Origin: Blasia pusilla
Lineage: Eukaryota
Assembly: GCA_050084515.1 (NCBI GenBank)
Contig: CM114271.1
Location: 16,120,001 to 16,184,000 of the forward strand
Length of the DNA: 64,000 bases
Direction: 5' to 3'
Made by a program: the position numbers and the translations under genes
The notes under the pieces: model-generated
Told to the model about the DNA's origin: nothing
Databases searched by the model: none
What the model saw: the letters and a program-made list of their open reading frames with translations, nothing else
Part shown: positions 50,501 through 64,000 of the stretch, in pieces
Position numbering within the stretch: position 1 is the stretch's first letter
Layout: each line of letters opens with the position of its first letter

Positions 50501-52423
50501 ATCTTCATTTCTAGTGAAGTGAGTCTCTGAGGGGGTTTCCTTTCCTTTCTTCCTTCCTTCCTTCCTCCCTTCTCTCTCTCTCTCTCTAGGCCAGTGGCGG
50601 CCTCAAAGTTCATGTGGTCTTTGAGTTCCCCATTTTTTGTACCTCTTGCGGGCTCTTCTCTTCCATTTTTCAAGTTTTAGATTTTTTCCCTCTTCTAAAT
50701 ATTAGAGTGCTTTGGGCTAATTTGAACCTAACATGCTTATCCGGTCACAAAGGTGCCGTTGGAGCTTATGGCATACTTGGTTGAATATTTCACTTCAAAT
50801 TGGCCCTCGAAGTCACACGCATGCTACAAAATATGGATGATGCAAAAGATATATGATCCCTTTCTATCTTTTCTATTTTGGTTGTCATTTTTTGAATAGG
50901 GGGGCCATGAACTATTCTATCTCTCCACTAGATCCAATGAAATGGTAAAGTTGGAATAGAAGAGGATGGGACTCTATAACATTCCATCAAAGAGAATAGT
51001 GGAGGACTTTCAAATGTGTGTTTTTCTTTCCATTTTTCTATATGATTTTATTTTCTTCTCTTATAGATGGTAACATCAACCACACTAGTTCATCACAAGC
51101 CTACTATCTTCTCTAATGGTGAACCGTGGAGGAAAGCCATAAGTCGGATTGCTTGAGAAATTTATAAACTTCAATAGAAATGCTTCATGGAAAAACCCAT
51201 GAGGTGGGGGTGTGGGGGCCTTCCTTCCCTAGTGTGACCTAGGGAAGGAAGGCCCTTCTCTTTAGCCCGCCCCCCCCCCCCCCTCCCCTCTTTTAACTTA
51301 TCCCCCATCTTATTTTTCCCTTTATTCCACTCGAACTTTTTCCCTTTATTCGATGGCACATTCGCTAGGATAGGTAGATCTTATTTTTGTCGTTTAAGTG
51401 GAGCCCCTAGAGCTCGTGTTGCACAAGAAAGAGGTGAGGATTCATAGGCATCCATCCCCACGCTCTTTCCCCATTATTTTGGAGCCCTTGTGTATGCCTA
51501 GGCGTCATCCTGAAGTCGTCTGTCTACACGGACCCCACTCATCTTCCCCTCTCCCAAAATTCTATAATCGCCCATGTGTATATGGCTAAGTCAAGCTAAA
51601 CCATAGGTGGTATACTCAAGTGACGCCCTTTTAATATTGCGTCTATACTTCGTCCATACGTTGAATGGGTCTTCGTTGTTAGCGGCCATTAAATCCTCGA
51701 ATAATAGAACACCTTTATTTTAATTTTGTGTTTTGACATGCAAATGAGTGGGAAGAGGGGATGGATAGAGAACTGTCCCCTACAACTGGGGATTTTGTAC
51801 ACGTGTATTTCTTTGCATCGACTAGCTGACCTCCAAAGTCGGAACGAAAATTTATAGGAGTTTAAATTAATAAATCATTACGCCAAGGAAATGAAAGGCT
51901 TGAAACCACGTAAATAAAATTTTAACTACCACGAGGCTGGGAATATAGACTCAATGGTAGGCAGCAAAGCCCTGTCCACGGAGTCTAACTCGTGTTCTGG
52001 TTACTACTAGCTAAAATAGAAATAACTAGTAGCTAACAAGCATAGCATAATAATGGAGCCATCAACGACACCAACGATAACGATCCCCTCTATGCACGAC
52101 AAAAGTAACTCCTCCCTTGAATTCCCCTTACTCCCCAACACAATCATCGTCTCCCCCTCTCCCTTCATTTCCTCTCGAGCTTGGTTTTCTCGAGTCGAAC
52201 GGGCATGATTGTCATCTCGTTAAGAACCCGCCCATCATGACAACCATTTCCAATATCGATCAACTACCTCCCTTAAGTGGAGAGGTAGTGAGAGGAGGAG
52301 TCATAGTAATTCGTCTCCTTCATCGCCCACAAACGACATGTGACCAACTGGCAGCCCTTGGGATCAATCAATCATCCAGCTTTCTAGGAACTTACTCGTT
52401 GGATGGTAGTACTAGGAGTGGTC

Positions 52424-52425
<2 letters not shown>

Positions 52426-52464
<39 letters not shown>
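52426..52464. repeat. (AAT)13 microsatellite
   Basis: Read directly from the sequence. Confidence 0.95.
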
Positions 52465-55400
52465 CATCGTAATAATCATACCTCCTATCATCCCTATCCT
52501 AATCATACGAGCAGACCCTTAAATGAGACGCTACTTTGGCTCATGAAGAGCTCGAGGATTACCTTACCACAACTACTTTGCGGTACACCCACAAAAGCTC
52601 GACTATCATATCCAAAGATTTTGGCGATCTTACAAATCGAGCGTGCCAGGGATTGAGTGAGTTTCCCAATGAGGGGCTAGAGGGAGCAAATTAATGGGAC
52701 ATGCGTCGCTTGAAGAACTCTCACTTGGAAGTACGTACATTTATATTTGTGCGACATGTTTGCCATGCGAGGGCTTGTTGGCTTGTTACGCACTCGTGTA
52801 TTCGTAGCAACTACTTGGACCCAATTAGGAGAGGGAGAGTTCCAAGACACGACGTGTATTTACGGTCGAATTCAACTTGACTTTATAAACATTAAAGCGT
52901 TTCGAGATGAGGTGGAGCCAGAGGAGAGGCTTAGAAGTCGGTCTTATCCTTTATCTTGTTATTGTTATTTTTATTCCTACTTTAAAAAAAATCATTTCGC
53001 CTCCTCCAGTTGGTATAAGGTCGAGTTTATGGTTATGACTATTGCAAATCCTTATCCTCCACCTTCAATATTAAAATGGAAATAAATCATCTCCCACGGA
53101 AGCGTCGGTCTCGTCCGTCCGCTTCTAAGACGATTAGGGTTCGCAACATGTCTTACGAGGTAGGTGGGTGTCGTTACAAACGAACTCGCTGCTAATTCAC
53201 CATCCTCCTTTCATCTCCTACATGACAAAACGTCCACATGATGTTTGCCGTCGAAGTAATGTAAAGCTTGCGATCAGCCATATCACGGGTGTTAACGACA
53301 ACGGCTCTTTTGGCGACGGCAAGTTTGGATCTCGTTTAGGGTGGTGGGCACGGACAGCCATCTAGATGATCTATGATTCTATGGGGTGCTGGAGTTTCGG
53401 AACTATGCTGCGATAGCTCAGTTTCATTATGAGTCGTATCGTAGCATAAGCGCAAGGATTGGACACCATGAATGCTCACAAAACGCCTCTTCCTAACAAC
53501 CGTAGGGCGACATGGTTATTAATTAATTCTGTGTTTTTGGTCCACAGCGATGCGCGATTCATAATCAGGGTCGCCGGGGAGTTTTTCCACTGAACTGGTA
53601 CGTTGCCGGGATTTCATTCATAGCCGGGAACGGTACCCATACGAAACATCGCCTGCCAGTTTTAATCAAAGCGGGTATTTGTGATTTTAACAGGCTACGA
53701 TCATCAGTGACCCCGGATCTCCCCGATCATCGGTTTTATTATCGCGGAGATACGAGAAGCTTCAATTAAATGGAAGGGGACGAGTGCATACAAAACCTGC
53801 GTGCCCCAAACAAACAAACAAGCAAACAAAGAACTTATTGCGCTAAGTATAATAATGACCGTCGAGCTAACAGCTCGCTTTGGCGACCCTTTTCAGTTGT
53901 CGAGTCGACACTAATCTAGGCCAGTAATGGGTATTAGAATTGGATAAGCGAGGGAGTGCTCACCTGCCTCCAGGTCGACCGCTGGATGTTGTCGCAGCGG
54001 CTTTAACGGCAAGTTAGCGGGTTTCTAGCCCATGGGAGATGGCCAAGTTGGCCGAGGAGCTATCTGTGACAGTATGTACGGCGCACTGTGGCGCACAGTT
54101 GGGAACAGCGTGTCGGTAAAGGCGGAGCAACGAGAAGGTGTCGGCCTGCCACGTATCCTCCTGGGATACTCGGCGATCTTGTCTCAACGGCACATAGTAT
54201 CCCCTCGCTCTCGTCCCTCGTCTGTTGACCTCTCACCGCCCACCCGTCTCCTACGCCTTTCTCGGCCCGCCACGCACCGTCAGTCGCCGCGACTACGTGT
54301 CCTCGTCTGGCCTGCGTCCCGGCTGGGGCGATCTTCCTCGCGCCGCGCGTACATTGGGTAGCGACGGCTTCCATCCGAGTCCGTTCGTTCGTTCGCAACC
54401 GGTCGTCCAGGTGCATTCTCTGCACGTTAGTTGACGGGAATGCGTGCGCGCGCCCGTGACAGCTACAGCCAAGGTAACAACTTTACCAGCGGGGGAATTT
54501 ACCCGGCCATAGAGTTCGGGCCAGCCACGGCAGGCGTGACGTGACGGAAGCATGCAGCGATGCCCCCGCGCTTTAATGGAAGGGACCGACTGCCACGAGT
54601 GTTCAGGTCAGGTCAGGTCAGGTCAGGTCAAGTCAGGGGCTGACGGGACGGGACGGGAGGGGCCGAGCGGAGCGGGAGGAGAGTAGAGCGGAACTGGACC
54701 CACGAAAGGGCCGCGGGCCAACTTTAGTCTTCGCGGAGCGCGGAACCCAACGGCCTTCTCGCCTAGGGAGATCTGAGGATAGTAGGTGGTAGTGTTCTCT
54801 CTCTAGGAGACTGACTAATGGCGAGGACGAGGCGGTAGGCTCGGCCCACATCCGGCGGGTAAAAGTAACGTGCAACGAGATGCTGTAAACTCGCTTGCTG
54901 CGCTTATTGCGATGTCTCGTAATCATAAAATAGCACGAGAGAAAGCGGCAAGCAAGGGAGTGTGTTCCGCCTTTAATGATGTGTTCCCCCCTTTAATCGG
55001 TAGCACACAAAGAGAACACAGCAGCGCGAAAGAGCTGAAGCAGGGACACAACCAGCGCTGCTAGACGAGAGGAAACCCTCCCCACATTATTGGCCCCAAC
55101 CTCCCTTCCTCTCTCTAGCCGGCCGAGACTTCATTACGGTGCATATCAGCACCCTATAATGACGGATCTCGGCACACCGAAACCCGATTCTTAGCGGCCT
55201 CTACTCCCTATTATTGTAGGGAATCAACAACGACACATTTGTCTGTTGTATTTTATGGAGAACACTCTCCCTTTCGTCGCGGGAAGTGGGTGAGACAGAC
55301 AGAGAGCTCGGGTTTGTTTCAAGTCCAACGAGGCCGAGGAAACCGACCACGAGGTGCTAACGGGGTTTCGCATTAGGTCTAGCTACTGGCTGATTACTGG

Positions 55401-58400
55401 CTGGTACATGTACTCCAAAACATTACGCCGGATCTAATTTATTGCTCGACCCACCCTAACACCGCGAAAAACATGCACGGTCCCCTCGAGGACCAGATGG
55501 GTGGCTAAATATGTAGCTAGCTAGGGCTAGCTGGATGTACCAGGAAGGGCTCGAGATCGGATATTTTGCATCCTGCTCCCCTGGACTTCCGCCAAAAGTA
55601 AACGGAAGGTCGGCCGGTCGACGGCGACTGGAGGCAGACAAGTCCACCGTACGGGTTGATGGTCGAGTTGTTTTGCAACCGGCCTAGAGCTTCGCGCCGC
55701 CGGTGTCCAGGCTAGGTCACCGGTGACGTGTTGCTGGCAGAGAGAACCACGCTAAGGCGGGCCCCCGCTAAGAAAACGTACTAACATTAGATTAGCGAGA
55801 AGGGAGGGAATAGAAATAGTGGGTCCCATATGCGGCGCGCCCGGCAAACTAAGACCCCATATCCTCTGCGGCCCTTGCATTATTCGCCTTAACCTTAACT
55901 AGAGTGAAGGTGCCGCTATTCTGTGACCGACCGAGTAGCTACCTACATTTACCGATACGACTAAGAAAAGAAGATTACTGGCAAGGGGCGACATTAGTGC
56001 TGGTTGCGCTAATCTGGTACCACTGATCGCGCCGGCGTCGCTGGCAGAAAATCCGATCCCTCGACAAAACTATAATGATAAGGGAATCCGATTCGCATCC
56101 GAACCTCCTGAGTTTCGAGTCTCCCTTCACCGGCTGACCGGGAGTTCTCCAAAGAACAAAAGCCACTCCCTGACACACTTTCTCTCGTCTTCTTCTACGC
56201 TAAATGAGGAGCCGGCCCGGTGGGTGGGGCCCTGTCTGCGTCCTCGGTTACCGAGGGTTTCGGTAGAGGGCCTACCCCAGCAGAGGATACAGAAGAAGCG
56301 TGTTGGATAGATGAAGAGCGACGGATACTGCCATCGTACGGCCGTCCGCTCCGCTGGCAGCAGCTTGTTTTTCTTCGCGTTTCTTGGAGATTATGATGCG
56401 TTTCTTTGATTTCTTCTCTGTACCTCCCCTTCCCAAGATACTCTGTGTCGTGTTTCTTAACCGAGTACGCACGTTCGCAACCTTTGGTTTCGTACTTGGC
56501 GCACGCATTCGAGGGAAATTCGGGGCCTCTCCCTCTTCCGCTCGTTCGTGAATGGATTAGCTGCTACGCTGCTGCTTTGATGCTTCGGCAACTCCGAATG
56601 TTGGGCGCCCGTTTTGACTGGAATGGACTGCGATGGAGCCGGGCACTACAAATGAACCCTGCAACTGCCGCGCGCGATGTGGCGAAAAGTGGCGGAATTG
56701 TGCGGGAGACGCGGTCGGGTACGGGATCTGCGATAGGAATGCGAAGAAGGCGAGAGCTGCTGCGGCTGCGGCTTCGAGATCGAGTGAGGATCGCTCGAGG
56801 AACACGCCTGCCCCTCTATTATGTATGTGCGTACCGCCTGATCAAACGTTCCCGGATTCCCGACGCGATCCCTTGTGGCGGTGCCGTCAGCATGGAGCGT
56901 CGAACAAATGCAAATGAGATATGTTGTCTACAAAAAGAAGGTCGTTGTGTGTACCTGGCGGAGTGTGACGATCCAGTGCTCTCTTTGTCATCCATGCGCC
57001 CGCCCCCATGACGTTCCACGAGCGAGAGGAAGACTTGTTGGGAGAGAGAGAGGAGGAATGGTTGGGGTCGCGAAATTCCATCGTCTGACAGTTGAGACGA
57101 GCGGTGGCCTATCACATCCATGTGATTAGTAGTGAGATGACTGTTGAGGGTGTCACTGTACAGGGAAGGGACCACCGCTGAGGAAAGGCAAGTGCGGGCT
57201 GTGAACGGAAACGTGGAGGGTAGCGTGTTGGGCGAATTTGGCATTTCTCCTGCCACAGACTGAGGGCCTTGTCTCCATCCGGCGAATGAGATGCCGGCAT
57301 TCGGGACGCCGTCTCGGCCGGCACCGTCCCGGCGGGAATATATGGGGCGATCCGCCGCGGGATAGCGACCTCGTCTATCCCCTCTGGGTGGGCCCGCGCC
57401 ATGTCTTTCTCTCCACCGTTCGGCTTCCTTTCCTCTCCGGTTGCCCCGGAACCCTGTGGGGGCGGACAGGACCGGAGAGAGGGAGGAAGCGTGCCAAAGG
57501 TCGGCTTCCCGTTGCTGGATTGGAATTACCCACGTCACCGCGGAAAACCGATCACCTGCTGCAGCGGGTCCCCGGGCTCGCCGTGCCGACCGCCAGTGTA
57601 CATGTGTGAAAGGCTGCCTTACTCTACTCGCAGTGGGCCTAGGGAGTTTAGTGTAGGGTCACTGTAGTGTGGACGACTTTTCTCCCTCGCAGCGGGCGCG
57701 CGGAGGGGAGAGAGTTGTTGGCGGACTGTCCTGTTCCAGCCGTACCCCGAAGCCCTCTCCTCTGCCGCCTGGTCCCTTAAACTCGTCAACCCGTCGGCAG
57801 CTCCTCTGACGGCGGCACATCCGCCACGTGTTTCTCCGATTTATCCACCGGTGGCATGGCGATGTTGGCAAGACATGGATGGCATCGACGGCAAACGACG
57901 GCATGGCGCGGTCCGATAAGCGTCCACGGCGGGACCCTGGTGCGGCGGCTGTTGCCGACGCGGTCGGAAGAATCCGCGACACAAGATCTGTCGGCGCCGG
58001 TCTTTCGACTCCGGACCGGCCGAGGTGTCAACCATACGAAGCCTGTCGGGATCATCTACTGTTCTCACTTTACCGGGCTTACTAGCCTTACTGCTCTACT
58101 TACAATCCGTTAACTCTGTCTTACGGATAAGACGCGCATTAACTCCGATATTGTGAAGTAGGTCAGTCACTCCTTCGTGCGTCCTTCTTCGCAGCATCAC
58201 AGTTCCTTCCTCTCTCGCTTGTTAATACGGCCGTTCTCTTCGTCTCCCCATTTAATTCTTCCTCTCATCACTGCATCCATCACACGGAAACTGCACTCTT
58301 CTCCCCGCGTGACCGGGTGGACGGCTTCTCTGTCAGTCCGTCTGTCTGTCAGTCGGTCAGTCGGTCAGTCGGTCAGTACCGGACGGACGGACGGACGATC

Positions 58401-60458
58401 GGTAGCCAGTCAGTCGGTACTTAGCTACGATCCACGGGCCTTGACAGCATCTAACACATTCCGACGGCGAGAGGGCACGTTGCGAACTTGCGATCCAGAT
58501 TCCCGTGTTAATGCTCCTTAATCGCAAGTACAATTCGTAATTCGTTGGCTTTCTTAATTGCCTAAAAGGCTTTTCGCGTTTTTCCGAGAACAAATGGAAG
58601 GAACGGAGGAAAAGCTGAAAGGGAATGAGGAATTATTCCCTTCGCCTGGCAAGACGGGATCCGGGCAGCCAAAGGAAACATATTCTCGGATAGTTTCAAA
58701 TCGTGTAATTACGTGAGAATTTCTCTCCCTGACATGGCTGTGGAATGTGCTTACTTTAAATAAATTTCTTACATGTATCTTTCTACTTAATTCCTTGCAT
58801 GTGTTTTCTTTCTTTCTTATATCTTTTTATTATCATTCTCTTACATTTATTAATCATGAATCACCCACTTTGCAAGTTCACATCAGTATGTTTCTTTTAA
58901 AAAATACGCGGAAATGCGCTAAAAATCGTTTTTAAAACGATCATGTAAAAAAATGCCACTTGTTACATACACTGAAAATCAATTACATTTCCTCTCTTGA
59001 TAGAGAGAACAGAATACAATATATACCCCCCCACGTCAATAATTTGACTAATGCTTCCAAGAGAAGTAAGCCCATGTTTGCAAATAGGTAGTGAATAATT
59101 ATATGTATATTTTATATATAATTAGAAACATAAGATAATCTCACTTTTATTCCATGTGAGACTACGGGAAGAAAACTTGAAATGCTACATGAAATTGTGT
59201 TTTTTAGAGCGTATTCTTGTAAGTGTGAATAGCAAATTACACTATTCAAGAGAAATTAAGCCTTCTTAAGGTAATCCTAGTGTTTGTCTAAAATACAAAT
59301 GAATGTGGATTTTTAAGGCTTGTTACACGCGTTATGTACAAGTCCCATGTGAAATTTTGGATGATATTGTGGGAATATTCCATCCTAAGAAACGATTGTG
59401 ATCTAAGTATGGATTTTCCCATACTTGTCATTACACTCTTTATTTTATGCTAAAGTAGTACTTTCTGGGGTACATCTAAAATCCACTCCAATTTGACCAA
59501 CTTGTTCCATCCATTGAAAGTGGGGGTGTATTCCTATTGCTCTTTGTTTTTCTTCACATCTATATCCAACACATAACTCACCTTCACCAACCTTTGGATT
59601 ACAAGTTTGCAATCAAATTGAAAATTAATGTTTACAAGTGTCAAAGAAAATTACAACCAACGTCAACAAATTCCTTACAAAAGGTTGTCCTTTCTTTATC
59701 CATAGACCTAAAGGGAACTCCATACAAGGACTATCCTTCCTTGTGCCACTTCAACCTATAAGGTCCTTTACTTAAGTGGCCTTAGATTCCTTAAAGTTCA
59801 CGATAATTTTACAAGAGTCCTTATTTGAATATATGAACCTTTGGTGCCTTAGTGGACAACCAAAGTGTAGCTTTTGATGAGAGAAAGTATACTTTTACTC
59901 AAAGTCCTATTTTGATTTACTATTGGAGATAAACTCTTTTTTTTCACAAAGTTTACAATGGGGATGCCCCAAGGATATTTAGTCTTATTAAGGCTCACTT
60001 TAAGCTCATCTCTATATATCATAGTTATAGATGCCTAGAGCATGGACGATTTTAAGCTAAGAGCATATTTGGGAATATTTTTAGATCATCGTATATTGAA
60101 GTTACATTGATTATTATCATGTTTGTTGGAAGAATGATGCATAACACTTGAGTATTGACATCACATCTGACATGCACCTTCACATCTAGATTTCAAAAAA
60201 AAAATTTATAGGGTTCCCACGGAGGAGATTTGGTTTTGAGTGAAGTCATGGAAGGCTAGAACTTTGTTATCCAAATTCTTGACCCAGGAGCATAGTAAAT
60301 ACACACACATATGAAAGGCATATAATGAGTACTCTCTCTCGAACATGGATCATCCGTGCCCTAGGTAGGGGATGCCATTTCCCTAGGGTTAAGACCGCCC
60401 CCTATTTTCTAAGGGGAGAGTTGAATCGGTGACCTCTTTGAGGGGACCTTATATCAAT

Positions 60459-60847
60459 TGTCATGATAGATGAGGCGTAGGGCAAGATAGTATCGAGGCC
60501 TTAGAGGGGTCTTGTACTTCCGTATTTTGAGAGGTCAGATATGACCTACTCTTAGGAGATGACCTATGAGTGTAGGTCATCCTTCCCTTCCTGAGGAGGG
60601 GCAACCTTGGAGATGTTAACCTTCCTAGCCATGTATGCCTCCACTTGGACTTATAGGGTCGTGGGTTAGTTGGTAGTTGGTCTCATGAGGGGACCACATG
60701 TGTAGTTGTTAGGGAGATAGTACTTGTGTACTACATGTTGTTAGTGACCTGCTGGTAGGAGGTAACCTGTGTGTATAGATCACCATGAAGGTGCCATCGG
60801 GGGTATACCTCGGAGAAAGCTCATTTGAAGCTCATCTTCCTTAGGAT
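60459..60847 (+). mobile_element. Truncated plus-strand copy of sister-family repeat A'
   Basis: tgtcatgatagatgaggc...catcttccttaggat is a diverged reverse complement of ~61076-61467. Confidence 0.88.
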
Positions 60848-63800
60848 ATAAAGTTGAATCTCAACTATAAACTTTGATGAAATCTGCAATCAACCATGTT
60901 TCATCCAAACAACCATGTTAATGATAAAATACACACTGTTGTAATAGCAAGAAAAAATGTACAAAGAACTCCCAAAATTTGTGTGATCTTCAATCTATCC
61001 TAGCCGACTCTTCAAGACAAAATCCAGGCTCAAGACATGCAAGTTGCACTATATCACGGATTCCAACACGGGTTTGATCCCAAGGAAGATGGAGCTCCAA
61101 ATGAGCTTCCTCCGAGGTATATCCCACTGGGTACCTCCATGGATGACATGTAAAATCAGGTCACTTCCTCTCACTAGGTCACTAATGAAGTGTAGTACAC
61201 AAGTACTAACTCCCTAATAACTACATATGTGGTCCCCTCATGAGACCAACTACGAACTAACCCATCATCCTATAGGTCCAAGTGGAGCCATACATGGCTG
61301 GGAAGGTCAACCTCTCAAAGGTTGCCATTCCTCATAAAGGGAAGGGTGACCTACACTCGTAGGCCACTTCCAAACAACAGGTCACATATGACCTCTCAAA
61401 ATAGGGAAGTACAAGACCCCTCTAAGGCCTCGATACTATCTCGTCCTATGCCTCATCTACCATGACAATTATTGTGCAAATACACTTCGTTGCCAACATG
61501 CATCAATTGTCATGTACGCACACGTCTAAGATCCATCTACCTAACTATGAATCCTAACATCTCTACACATGAACGACAGGCCAACGCTTGTCGCCCCCCT
61601 AGCTGGTGGTGAGGTCTCTCTAGCTCCATATAGCGTACACAACAAGTCTAAATGCTATGCAGCTTTTTGGTGCTAAAATCAAGAGGTCGGATGCTATGTC
61701 GCCCAATCATTAGTTACCTTCCTACAATCCATAACACCAAGAGTCATCTTGTAATATACCTATCACTCCTATGTACATCAAGGACAAAGCCAATGTCTTG
61801 GACGAACCAAGTCAAGAGGCGGCCTCAAATACGACATATGCCATCCTCGAGAACACCCATCACAAACTAGTATCATGGTTGCTCCTTTGGCAGACTTTTA
61901 CGTCTTTTAGGATAGATCAGTGAGATCTATTAGAGTGCCTTTACAATTAGTGGAGGATAGGCTCAGGAGGTCGAGGATGACTTGCAGAGGCCCTGGGAAA
62001 TCTGAGAGAGCAAGTTTTCCCTTCGTTTCGGCTCATTTAGAGCCATATTGAGAAACTTACTATTTTAGGTAAGTACCATTTTGATTATATGGTTGATTTT
62101 CTATTTTTGGTAAGTGACCCTTGACCTCCTACATCAGGTTAAGAGCCAAGGTGGTGACTTGGGAGCATAAGTTACCATGGAGAGAGCTTGGGAGAGGGGA
62201 GGGGTATACCTAAAGGAGAGAGAGCTTGAGAGCTCATTTCTCTTTGTTGAACCTCTTGGCATAAGGCGGCAGAGCTTTGATCCCTTGTCTTGTGAGTGTA
62301 ACCCAAGCCTCTCATTAGGAGAGTGGGTTTGGTTTGACATTGAGAAGGACATGTGAGAGTGCACACATGTGAGAACTATGGTATTGTGAGAGAGATTGGA
62401 TCTTATTTTACAAAGAGAGAATGAGTGAGAGAGAGCTTCATGGGGGAGCTTGCTTGTTGCCGCACAACATACGTCTCAGTGAGAGAGTGTAGATTTAGTG
62501 CCGCATGTTTAGTTTGAGTGATTGAGGGATTACTTGCAAGATTGAGAGTGATCATGTGAGAGGGGCACAAAGGGAATCACGGCGTCCTTTTGGGACTTTG
62601 AGACGTCTGAGAGTGCACACGTGTGAGAACTATGGTATCGTGAGAGAGATTGGATCTTATTTTATTAAACATATTATGGTACTTCTTGTCTGGTTATTTG
62701 GATGTCATGAGTTAGCATGGGATCTTGCGTGTTTGTATGTGTGTTCGGTAAAAGCGATGTATGTTGAGTAGCAATGTGTATGCACACAACAAGGCCTGCA
62801 CAACATGCATCTAAAGCCTGCACGAGCAATAGCCAAACTCGTATCAATACTCCCATCCATGTTCAAAAGATGAAATGGCACACTATTATGCACATGATCT
62901 TTCCAAACGGTACCATCATCACCCTCTAAAACAAGGACTCCTGATTTCTCGCACTCGCATAATAGTGTCTCCCGCCGTAACGTCCAATGTCTTCGGCATT
63001 GTCTGCTGTAGGTAGACAAAATTTCTAGGATGGAATCTCCGATTCTCTGGTCGACACCCTCCTCCACGTGTAGTCGCGAATCTTAGAGTATCGCGATGTT
63101 GATCAATAACCAGGTTCTCAAACGCCATAGGCATGACTCTATGAAAGAGCTCAACCCGCTAAGAACACACTCGCACCCAAATGTTTGGATTGTCAAGATC
63201 AAGCACCTCAACCAAATCTCATCGAATAGACAATGGTAACTTTGGCTCTCTCCTCTAGCCGCTCCCTCACTCAACCTATCCGGCAATGCTACCAACTCAA
63301 TCGATTTGGAAAAGTGCTCCACCATGACCAACATATACCCACTATGGCGTCCTATCAATGGCAAAGGACCTACAAATTATAAACTCCAACTATACCCAAA
63401 TCCCATTATCGATAAAGGATGCGAGTGTGGTGTCGGAGCATTGAATGATGCCCGCACCCTATCACATACAATGCATATGGCTACAAACTTTTGAACATCA
63501 ATTCGCATACCACGCCTCCAATATTGAATCTGAATCAAGCTATACGTACCCTCGAATCCAAAATGCCCTAACTCATCGTGAGCATGTCTCACAAACGGTG
63601 CTCGATGCAAAGGATGAGGTACCATCCGCACTCGTCCATCCTCCCAAACTCCAAGCTAATGCGATCCCTCCCACCTGAACCTCTTGACTCGCTGTAGGAC
63701 TCGATCTTGATCTCTAGCATCCACCATGCTTGCTAAGACACCAGTGCGCACATACTCCAAGACCAACTCATCATCATGGATTTCTCGAGTTTGTGTCGAC

Positions 63801-64000
63801 TCCTCACCAGCATTTGGATCTTAGGACTCACCATCAAACCTCCCTCTTGGAGTGGATGCCTCTTGCTGACCTGACAGAGCCAAAAGACACAAATACATAG
63901 ATGCATGCCAACCCCGGACTATCTCCTCATCACTCTCACCATGCCACCGCGCTCCAGTGGCATCGTTGTGGCTTGTGCATGGGTTATGGCTCAACACCTC
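60846..64000 (-). mobile_element. 3' portion of a sister-family Gypsy-like element (RH end-IN-PHD-B1'-AT-A2'); runs off the window edge
   Basis: Minus-strand peptides HDELGHFG...CIVCDRVRASFNAP, VEHFSKSIELVALPD, TVWKDHVHNS, CMLCR/SAKGATMILVCDGCSRGWH...WLCP are colinear with 16090-17900. B1' 61572-61470, AT, A2' 61467-60846. Confidence 0.9.
61896..62791 (+). mobile_element. Non-autonomous deletion derivative of the main family (A1-leader fragments-A2 tail-B2), nested in the sister element's PHD coding region
   Basis: 61896-62410 = A; 62411-62455 matches 7632-7685; 62455-62590 matches 8820-8955; ~62608-62665 = A tail; ~62666-62791 = B. Flanks are AGAC and AGGC, and removing the insert plus 4 bp restores the PHD frame CMLCRSAKGATM. 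Confidence 0.88.

Noticed and set aside
51938-52010. tRNA-like start gggaatatagactcaatggtag; weaker cases near 19385-19440 and 27118-27180
   Set aside because: No cloverleaf or intact B box; at best decayed tRNA-derived SINE heads.
52117-52656. 179-aa ORF with poly-Asn
   Set aside because: Non-ATG start, driven by the (AAT)n repeat, and no recognisable domain.

Overview
Plant genomic DNA, most likely a non-seed land plant such as a moss; this is inferred from the style of the ERF gene and the transposon content. The only intact host gene I can support is an intronless group VIII AP2/ERF EAR-repressor (37436-36522, minus strand), which lies in a CpG-rich island. The rest is mostly decayed transposons plus a mitochondrial-type Hsp70 fragment. 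The standout is a decayed Ty3/Gypsy-like retroelement (7136-18674) with three unusual features. (i) It encodes a DNMT3-like C5 cytosine methyltransferase inside pol, between protease and RT. (ii) Its integrase ends in a PHD finger. (iii) It has no ordinary LTR pair; instead it has PAT/Ngaro-style split direct repeats, A1-ORFs-B1-AT-A2-B2. The same end architecture recurs in a deletion derivative with a 4-bp TSD (61896-62791) and in a sister family (6413-7137 and 60846-64000). Also present are two related solo LTRs, a 5'-truncated RLE-type (CRE-like) LINE with scattered 3' stem-loop tails, minisatellites and several perfect hairpins. All alignments and translations were done by eye, so boundaries marked approximate may be off by tens of bases.
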